18,526 nt of DNA from Ginkgo biloba. Taxonomy: Eukaryota; Plantae; Ginkgophyta. Below, one piece after another: positions 10,551-18,526 of this stretch. The stretch lies in assembly GCA_024626585.2 (NCBI GenBank), contig JANKJI020000004.1:134035778-134054303 (forward strand). The letters run 5' to 3'. The notes beneath the pieces are model-generated. The model saw nothing but the letters and a program-made list of their open reading frames with translations, was not told the DNA's origin and ran no database searches. The position numbers and the translations under genes are program-made. The first letter of the stretch is position 1; each line of letters starts with the position of its first letter.

Positions 10551-11823
10551 TCTTTTGGGCCTAAGGCTACTTTCTCTCTCTTGGCTTCTACATTTCTTCT
10601 ATCTTGTTGGCACTCTTTTAAGGGTGTCATAATTTTGATCTGAAGGAGTTTTGAAGACTAGAAATGTGCCATCTCACCTATTCCAAAACTTACATTTGTG
10701 TGGTTGGTTGTTGCTTCCTAAGGGTGACATCCCACCCTTGAGACATTTTCCACATTGTAGCTGATAGCAAAAGCTCATGTTTGGCCAGAAGGGTGACACG
10801 GGCCCTCCTCTAACACTGCATGTCACTTTGTGTTGTTGTTTGGACTTGATTTGAGGCTAGATTGTAGAGTGTTCTGCTTGCAGACCAAATTCTGGGTGTT
10901 TTCATCCCTACTGGCATTTATTGTCTTCAAATAGAGCATTTTGATCAGGTGATTTCCCTAAATCGGTAAGTTTCTGAAAACCCTACTGCTGCAGAATTCA
11001 TTTTCATGCTATTGTAGATTCACAAAAACTGCCTACAGAAATTAATAAAAATTGTTTGTTCCAGAAATTAACGTAAATTGTGTGTCTATATCAATATGAA
11101 CTGGCAAAAATAAATACACAGCAGGGCATCTCTTTTTGGAGATAGATTATGGCTTATTTATAGTTGTGAATGTTATCTATGGTGCATGGGATCATTTGTT
11201 GACATAGGAAACCCTTCCTTCACCATGCAGATCCATTTTTGCCCTACATATGTTGAAACCCTAGGTTTAGCTCTAAGGGTAGCAAGGCCACAACAACTTA
11301 TATCCTATAGGGTCATAGGGTGAAAAGGATACCCCATAGTCTATTAGCCCTTATGCTTGCTTGTATGGCTATTGAGTTGAGAGGTTACCCCTTTATTCCT
11401 TTACCCATATATGTTGAAATAGAACCTAGTGAATATTGCATTGAAGGATACATATTGAACTATTGATCATATTACTGATACCCAATATATACTAATAATT
11501 GCCAATTAAGGATGAAACCCTAACTCAAGGTATTCTAGTGTGGAAAAGGGGTTGAAAAGATACCTAAGTCTTGGCAAACTTGTTGATGTTAGGTTGAGGG
11601 ATGCAGTCTAGCAGAGCACTTGTTTGGCCGATAATGTAATAAACCCTTTAGGTCATCCACAAGGCCAACAATAGATGCTCAGTCCGATGGTACCAAATTT
11701 CCTATAGTACTAACATCCCTACCCTTATGACCTAGCCTCTCACATAATCCTAATACATTGCGCCATAAATTAACATAAGTAAATACTTGCATATATGCAT
11801 GGATACATGTGTATATAAATGAT
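10551..11823. mobile_element. Non-coding, probably LTR/UTR-derived repeat sequence
   Basis: No ORF. Recurrent short motifs: aagggtg(t/a)ca three times at ~10621-10800, (g)aaaccct five times at ~10977-11650, caaggcca(c)aacaa twice, gaaaag(g)atacc twice. No terminal TG..CA pair identified. Confidence 0.3.
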
Positions 11824-13426
11824 NNNNNNNNNNNNNNNNNNNNNNNNNNNNNNNNNNNNNNNNNNNNNNNNNNNNNNNNNNNNNNNNNNNNNNNNNNNNN
11901 NNNNNNNNNNNNNNNNNNNNNNNNNNNNNNNNNNNNNNNNNNNNNNNNNNNNNNNNNNNNNNNNNNNNNNNNNNNNNNNNNNNNNNNNNNNNNNNNNNNN
12001 NNNNNNNNNNNNNNNNNNNNNNNNNNNNNNNNNNNNNNNNNNNNNNNNNNNNNNNNNNNNNNNNNNNNNNNNNNNNNNNNNNNNNNNNNNNNNNNNNNNN
12101 NNNNNNNNNNNNNNNNNNNNNNNNNNNNNNNNNNNNNNNNNNNNNNNNNNNNNNNNNNNNNNNNNNNNNNNNNNNNNNNNNNNNNNNNNNNNNNNNNNNN
12201 NNNNNNNNNNNNNNNNNNNNNNNNNNNNNNNNNNNNNNNNNNNNNNNNNNNNNNNNNNNNNNNNNNNNNNNNNNNNNNNNNNNNNNNNNNNNNNNNNNNN
12301 NNNNNNNNNNNNNNNNNNNNNNNNNNNNNNNNNNNNNNNNNNNNNNNNNNNNNNNNNNNNNNNNNNNNNNNNNNNNNNNNNNNNNNNNNNNNNNNNNNNN
12401 NNNNNNNNNNNNNNNNNNNNNNNNNNNNNNNNNNNNNNNNNNNNNNNNNNNNNNNNNNNNNNNNNNNNNNNNNNNNNNNNNNNNNNNNNNNNNNNNNNNN
12501 NNNNNNNNNNNNNNNNNNNNNNNNNNNNNNNNNNNNNNNNNNNNNNNNNNNNNNNNNNNNNNNNNNNNNNNNNNNNNNNNNNNNNNNNNNNNNNNNNNNN
12601 NNNNNNNNNNNNNNNNNNNNNNNNNNNNNNNNNNNNNNNNNNNNNNNNNNNNNNNNNNNNNNNNNNNNNNNNNNNNNNNNNNNNNNNNNNNNNNNNNNNN
12701 NNNNNNNNNNNNNNNNNNNNNNNATAAAAAATAAGGTGACAAATTCAGTAGCACAGGCCATAATGCTGCCCTTATCATCAAGTGTCATAACACAACCTAT
12801 GCAGCACATGTTAGAGTCTGTGCGCAATACGCAAGGGCCGTTTTATGGACTGGGCAATGATTACAGGGCATGCATGCCTTTGCATGCAGCACAAGCGTTA
12901 GGGGCAGTGTTCCCTATGACATGTTGCCCTATGTAGATGGCTCTCTCATTTGGTGCTCCGTTGGACCAGACCAACGTGGATAAGATGAGCGCTGGTCACT
13001 TCTATAGCAGGAAACATGACATTTATTCAGGCCATTGAGAAGCAAGTGTCAAAATCAATCTCGCCACCTATCCAAGATAGGAAACATTCCTGAGAACTGC
13101 AGTGCTGTCATGTCAAGGACTATATCATAGTAAGAAAAGGTGTTGCCTGGGATGTACTTTACCCAACAATTCACATCTGCTTACAGGTCAAGGCATTCAA
13201 ATCCTTGGCAACTTTCTCCAAATGGGTAGCAAATCTCTTGCCATCCCAGAATTGTCCTTCGGTGCTATTGTTCTAATGAATGTAGTAGCTCTCGTATGAA
13301 ATCTCTCCATGTAGTGTTAAATTAATCTCAATAAAATGATCAATGTGTTAGATCTGTTAGAGACGAAACTCAAAGTCTTTACTACTTATCTAAAAAATAA
13401 CAAGTGTCTATCTGTTGACTAGGAAA

Positions 13427-13531
13427 GTGCACCGTTCGCTGAAGCCTATGTAGCGTTCGCTGAAGCCTGTGCACCATTCGTTGGAGAATGTGTACCGTTC
13501 GCTGGAGACTGTGTACCGTTCCCTGGGACAC
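13427..13531. repeat. Degenerate 21-bp tandem repeat, about 5 copies (consensus gtgYaccgttcgctgRagMct)
   Basis: Units start at 13427, 13448, 13469, 13490 and 13511, with a further decayed copy after them. A TGTTGA at 13413 could be an LTR start. Confidence 0.85.
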
Positions 13532-13993
13532 AAACAACCATTTGCTGGACTGTAATCACCATTGTTAACATAGAGAAGCAGTAATTAAGACGCAGTTGAG
13601 GAAATTTGGGGGACANNNNNNNNNNNNNNNNNNNNNNNNNNNNNNNNNNNNNNNNNNNNNNNNNNNNNNNNCCGCTTCAAGGCAAGAACATCAGAAATAT
13701 ACACAGTTATCTCATTTCACTCACTATAGTTTCTCTTTCCACATGTGTTACGTTTTACAGCCATGATACATATTGTATAATGTTCTGCATATTAATTTTT
13801 ATGAATGTCACAGTAACTAGTGTATGTTAGATTACAATTCAGCCACTACAGTCAATGGTTTCAGCTTCCATTCTCTAAACATAGAATTGTTGGNNNNNNN
13901 NNNNNNNNNNNNNNNNNNNNNNNNNNNNNNNNNNNNNNNNNNNNNNNNNNNNNNNNNNNNNNNNNNNNNNNNNNNNNNNNNNNNNNNNNNNNN

Positions 13994-14290
13994 TTAGAAT
14001 GGTGTGTAATTGGTCTCCCATCTTGCAAAAGGATAACTCCCAATGCATAACCTAATGCATCCACCTTAATCTCAAATGGATTATGTATATTTGGAAGACC
14101 CAACAATAGTGCTTCACAAATATTTTTCTTCAAAGTGTTGTATGCTTTCCTTTGGGACTTATTCCAAACAAAATTTATCTCCCTCTTTGTCAAATCATGT
14201 AATGGTGTTGCAATGCTAGAAAAGTGAGGGATAAACTTATGAAGATAGTGGCAAGATCCAACAAAGATTATTATCTCAATCAAATCTATA
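13994..14290 (-). mobile_element. Ty3/Gypsy pol remnant: RT C-terminus/connection and start of RNase H
   Basis: FVGSCHYLHKFIPHFSSIATPLHDLTKREINFVWNKSQRKAYNTLKKNICEALLLGLPNIHNPFEIKVDALGYALGVILLQDGRPITHHS matches the Gypsy consensus FLG..GYYRRFI..FS.IA.PL..LTK...F.W...AF..LK...APVL.LPD...PF.V.TDAS..A.G.VL.Q..RPIAY.S. Confidence 0.93.
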
Positions 14291-15220
14291 CAAAGCAAAG
14301 AACATGGCATGGAAGTATAATTTAGAACTATTGTGGACAAAGATATTGCATGGCAAATTATCTTATTCATATGGTATAATTATCATGGTGTTTTGGTAAT
14401 ATATGTGGATCAAAATAGTAGAGCCCTCAAGGCTCACAACAGTGTATATAACCAAGAGCACCAAAGTGGGACCCAACCCCATTTGAGTGCAAGTTCACCT
14501 CACCACCCTTAATCCACAATAGGAAATGATTGAGTGTTTGATGACTTTGAGGTCTTAACCAAGGATGGTTTTGTGTTGGGTCATGTACTCAGAAAAATGT
14601 TGTATGCATGTATCTTTGTAATAAGATCTTGCTTGGTTTGAACAATGTGACAATATTGGGCATAAGCTAACTAAGGAAAATCCTAAGAAAGGGGCACTAG
14701 TATGGTTGTTTGCAGTAATCTAAAGATTGATGAATGTTTTATTGAATTGATCTTTATAGTTAAGTCCAAATATTAAATGATAATCCATGTGCTTGCATAT
14801 AAAGTTTAGACTGTGATCCATTAAGGAACTAAAAAGTGTAAGGTCTGAATGCATGCAGAAAACCTACATAGAATTATCTGTTATGTTGAAAAGATACAAA
14901 AAAGGTCCACCAACTCTAGTCTTTTATTTTGCAACATATCACCCCCCCTGGTAAAAAAGGGGGTAGACATACATCCATAATATTGTTTCATGGGCTAATA
15001 AGGTCTTGAAAATCAAAGTCTCTAGAGGAAAGTTAGTTTTGCTTCCTAATAAGAGTGATACAAAGTGGAAACTAACCATGAATATTCTAAACATTGTAAT
15101 GCCCATGTGACCCTAATTATNNNNNNNNNNNNNNNNNNNNNNNNNNNNNNNNNNNNNNNNNNNNNNNNNNNNNNNNNNNNNNNNNNNNNNNNNNNNNNNN
15201 NNNNNNNNNNNNNNNNNNNN

Positions 15221-16400
15221 AAACCATAAGGCTAAGAAAATTAAAGGTTAGCATAGCTCAACCTTTTCTCACAATTAAGCTTCAAAAAATATAGTGCAAT
15301 TTTTTATTCATAGATCAACAAAAGAATTAACTAAGCATTGAAAATTAAATAACCACTAAAAACTACAGAACTCACAAAACTCATAAGTTGTTAAAAGTGC
15401 CAAAAATTCTCTTGTATCTCTTCTTCTAAAAAAAAATCCCTCTGTTATAACATCAAGAAAATAAGGAGAGGAAGAGAGAGAGAGAAAGGGAGAGAGGAGT
15501 AATCTAAAAGGAGAGAGAATAAATTTTGGATGAAGATAGTAGGTGCTTTTTTCTTGATTGATTGTTGTAAGCAATGGGAATAATATAGAAAGAATGCTTG
15601 GGTTATATGCTTTATGTTTATCATGCTTGCAGTCATGCTTGAAGTCCAAGTTAAGTATACTTCAAATATTAACCTCGCTATGTCACCCTTTTGTCAAAAA
15701 GGTCCAAGAAAGGATAATGATAATTTGTATAAACTCATTTCCTCTCTGTTATATAGGGTTTTGAGTTCCGCCAATGCATGCCAAGTCTAAAAAATAAATA
15801 TCCCAATTAGAGGTGTCAATGGCTAAGATCATTTCTTCACAAAGCATATTTGTGGTTGTAAGATCTCTTCCTTACAAAGTTTAGTGGTGGTTGTAAGTCG
15901 AGTTCGCCAATCTTCAATAATGACGTTGCATCTTCACGTTGCAAAATTGTGTGGCATCTTCACGATGCAAGAAATCAAAAAATTTCCATTGTTGTTAGAC
16001 CTATTTCCTTGTTAAGCACAAGAGATTGTTGTTGGTTGTCTCTAATATCGCACCAAGATTGTGACTGCGTAATTGTAAGCTTGTGATATTATTAATGCCA
16101 AAACATTTCTAAATATGGCTACATGCAATTTTGGAGCTTGCTTGGATTATGAAAAGGATGAAAACACATTAAACTTGTAGTAGCATATTAGGGTTCAAAC
16201 TCTAAGCATTTTGCACAATTGCATAATGATTGTTGGCCTTAATGGTTGGCAATATAGTTGTTCTTTGATTTCACACATTAATTGACTATTAGAAATTGTC
16301 ACATGGATACCTAAATTTGGACATTTGGCACCAATCTTATCTCCTTTCAAGAAGCAAGAGTTGCATGTTTTGAGGATAAGGTGTTAGAAAGGACGACAAT
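15221..16400 (-). mobile_element. Probable LTR fragment (U3/TATA/CT-rich leader) in minus orientation; boundaries uncertain
   Basis: Minus-strand CCCTATATAA TATA box at ~15749-15758 with a CT-rich tract downstream (15465-15520). Duplicated short motifs lie upstream: gcatcttcacgWtgcaa at 15928 and 15954, gtggttgtaag at 15852 and 15887. No coding signal. Confidence 0.35.
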
Positions 16401-17973
16401 TCCTAAGTACTACCCAATGAAAGCTTTATGTGTAAACCTAAAAGGTCCCCTTGTGAATGCAATAAGAGTCTTCAATTTGTTTGATATGATAATGCCCAAA
16501 ACGATGAGTTGTCCTTACACATTCAAGACATGAATGTAGTGTTAGAGAATGTTTTGGGTAATTATTGGTCTGCGTGATGAAAATGCATTGCTTGTGTAAG
16601 TTGTATCAAGTAGACTCATGAAGTGGGGTAAAGCATGGTAGGGTGGTGTTTAAAAGCCAACATCCAATGCTCATGCCTAGCATTGATAGCGTCCCATAGC
16701 AGACTAAGGGGTCGTATAACTATTTCTACTGAGGAAGGGGGTCACCATGCACTTAAGGGATCTTCAAACCCACCTTCGTGCTCATAAATCAGCATCATTG
16801 GGTGCTACCTCGTGTCAATTTAGAAACGCTGCAATGGGTGGGATCCAATGTGAAAGACTAATCGATGCAAATGGATGNNNNNNNNNNNNNNNNNNNNNNN
16901 NNNNNNNNNNNNNNNNNNNNNNNNNNNNNNNNNNNNNNNNNNNNNNNNNNNNNNNNNNNNNNNNNNNNNNNNGTGTCTCATCAACACCTAGCTACTAACC
17001 CTACACTTAGGTTGCTTAGGTTCCTTAGGTAGTAAAGACTAAACCCCAAAATTTTGATGTTAATGTTGAATGAGTGCATAGTAAGCGGTTTATGTTGTGC
17101 AACAACTAGGTGCAATACATCATATTTAGCTCTTCAAGGTCTTGTGTATTTAGAGCTTTGATGTCCCAATGTGGAGAATCACATTCTTCGTGATTACGAC
17201 TGTCTTTCCTTCTATCATCTATTTCCCTTGTTTCTTTTATTCAATTTTTAAGTCTCCTTGTTTTTCTTATGCTTCTTTCTTTTCTTGGTTTTCGCATATG
17301 TATACAGGTTTTTTAACATCAAACTTTAAGGAAATCACCCAAACATGCATGTTTACAAAAGCTCGTTGCTTTGGCACTATATTGACCCCCTAAGACCTCA
17401 TACATATCTCCCTCTTACTAGATAATTAGACGGTGCTCTTTGGTTATACACGATGGATCTTGAGCTAGTCCCTTAATCCACAAGATGTGAAGATTGTCTC
17501 ATTCAATTGATCTCTATTCCACACTTTTGGGTCATAGCTTATGACTACCATTAGAGCTAAATAATTGATGACATTGGTTCCAATAATTAATTTAGAATTT
17601 TTAATAAAACACTTGATGTGATAAGGGATCTTTTGACTAAGGGTTTATGGAACTTTCTTGTTGCAATAAAATATAAAAATAACTCACCTAAACAATCACG
17701 ACCAAGGAATAAATAAAAANNNNNNNNNNGGGAATAATTTGAACAATCTAATGATAAGACTGATTGGGTAAAAGAAGTAATATGATCAAGGTTTAATTGA
17801 GTGGGCTAAAAGAAAAGAATGGAGGATCAAAAGAGAGTCATGTGGAATTCGATGTGGCCATAGTGCCTACCTTGTCTTGAGTAATTTTTAGAAGCCTAAG
17901 GTTTTCAAATAATATCTATACTACATCTAAAAATCAATGTTCTCTCCTTGTTCTAATTCAATACTTTCCAAAT

Positions 17974-18086
17974 CACATATGCATGGTGCGTGCGCACACA
18001 TGAGCAACATGCACACATATTTACACACGTGCATGTGCAGACACACAAACAGATAGGGACACATGCACCCAAGCACATAGACACGT
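17974..18086. repeat. Alternating purine-pyrimidine (CA/TG-rich) low-complexity tract
   Basis: cacatatgcatggtgcgtgcgcacacatg...gcacacatatttacacacgtgcatgtgcagacacac. Confidence 0.6.
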
Positions 18087-18146
18087 GATGTTGCTTGATG
18101 TTACATGACCCTCAACATATTAAGTCATTAAGACTAGGTAAAGTAC

Positions 18147-18199
18147 ATGAAGTAAACATTAATAATATTCTAACACTCCCCCCTTAATGTTTACTTCAT
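18147..18199 (-). promoter_or_regulatory. Copia polypurine tract (AAGGGGGGAG, 18185-18176) abutting the 3' LTR start (TGTTAGA from 18175), enclosed by a 16-bp inverted repeat
   Basis: The minus strand reads ...cattAAGGGGGGAG|TGTTAGAat. Arms 18147-18162 and 18184-18199 are perfect reverse complements. Confidence 0.9.
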
Positions 18200-18526
18200 T
18201 GATCCTTACACCAAGATCTTCTCTAAATTTCTCGAACTTATCTTGTCCAAGAGGTTTGGTGAAGATATCTGCCAGCTACTCATCAGTAGGCCTATAGATG
18301 AGATCGATCTCTCCATTCTGGACATGATCCCTGATGAAGCGGTGGTGCACCTCAATGTGTTTGGTGCATGTATGAAATATTGGATTCCTAGTTATCTTCA
18401 ACACACTCTAATTATCACAATACAATGTGGTTGGTGTGATCTGATGAAGTCCAAGGTCTTCGAGAATTCGCCTTAACCAGACGGCCTCACACGTTGTTCC
18501 AATTGCAGCCTTATAATTTGCCTCAA
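18159..18526 (-). mobile_element. Ty1/Copia pol C-terminus (RNase H), two premature stops, element continues beyond the window
   Basis: EANYKAAIGTTCEAVWLRRILEDLG...LYCDN*SVLKITRNPIFHTCTKHIEVHHRFIRDHV...PTDE*LADIFTKPLGQDKFEKFREDLGV...KGGVLEYY*. Contains the canonical Copia EAEY, CDNQS, TKHIE and ADIFTKPL motifs. Confidence 0.97.

Noticed and set aside
7862-12936. Long ORFs of 140-382 aa in the ORF track
   Set aside because: Almost entirely X residues from assembly gaps.
13427-13531. CRISPR-like periodicity in the 21-bp and 44-bp arrays
   Set aside because: Units are contiguous with no unique spacers, there are no cas genes, and the context is eukaryotic.
5006-14290. Gypsy RNase H (14 kb) and integrase (5-6 kb) fragments as parts of one element
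   Set aside because: Strand and order fit, but they are ~8 kb apart with unrelated sequence and gaps between. The integrase looks Athila/Tat-like while the RNase H lineage cannot be tied to it.
14941-14964. Small accccc...gggggt hairpin, terminator-like
   Set aside because: A 6-bp homopolymer stem with no associated gene, likely chance.
18243-18476. Plus-strand 77-aa ORF
   Set aside because: Antisense shadow of the Copia RNase H.

Overview
AT-rich eukaryotic DNA, most likely a land-plant nuclear draft scaffold, with about 15% of bases in N gaps. It is dominated by decayed retroelements: a 5'-truncated L1/Tx1-type LINE ORF2 (+, ~97-3000, RT and CCHC zinc finger, poly(A) tail), a Ty3/Gypsy integrase remnant (-, 5006-6087), a Ty3/Gypsy RT-connection/RNase H remnant (-, ~13994-14290) and the 3' end of a Ty1/Copia element (-, RNase H, PPT and LTR start, ~18147-18526). 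Two tandem arrays and several LTR-like non-coding stretches are also present. The most interesting feature missed by the ORF track is a chain of short, phase-compatible GT-AG exons on the minus strand (3953-4641, possibly continuing at 9053-9373). They splice into an unidentified protein with a premature stop, probably a pseudogenised intron-containing gene overrun by TEs. I found no intact CDS, RNA gene or CRISPR array, and no clear evidence of a novel biological system.
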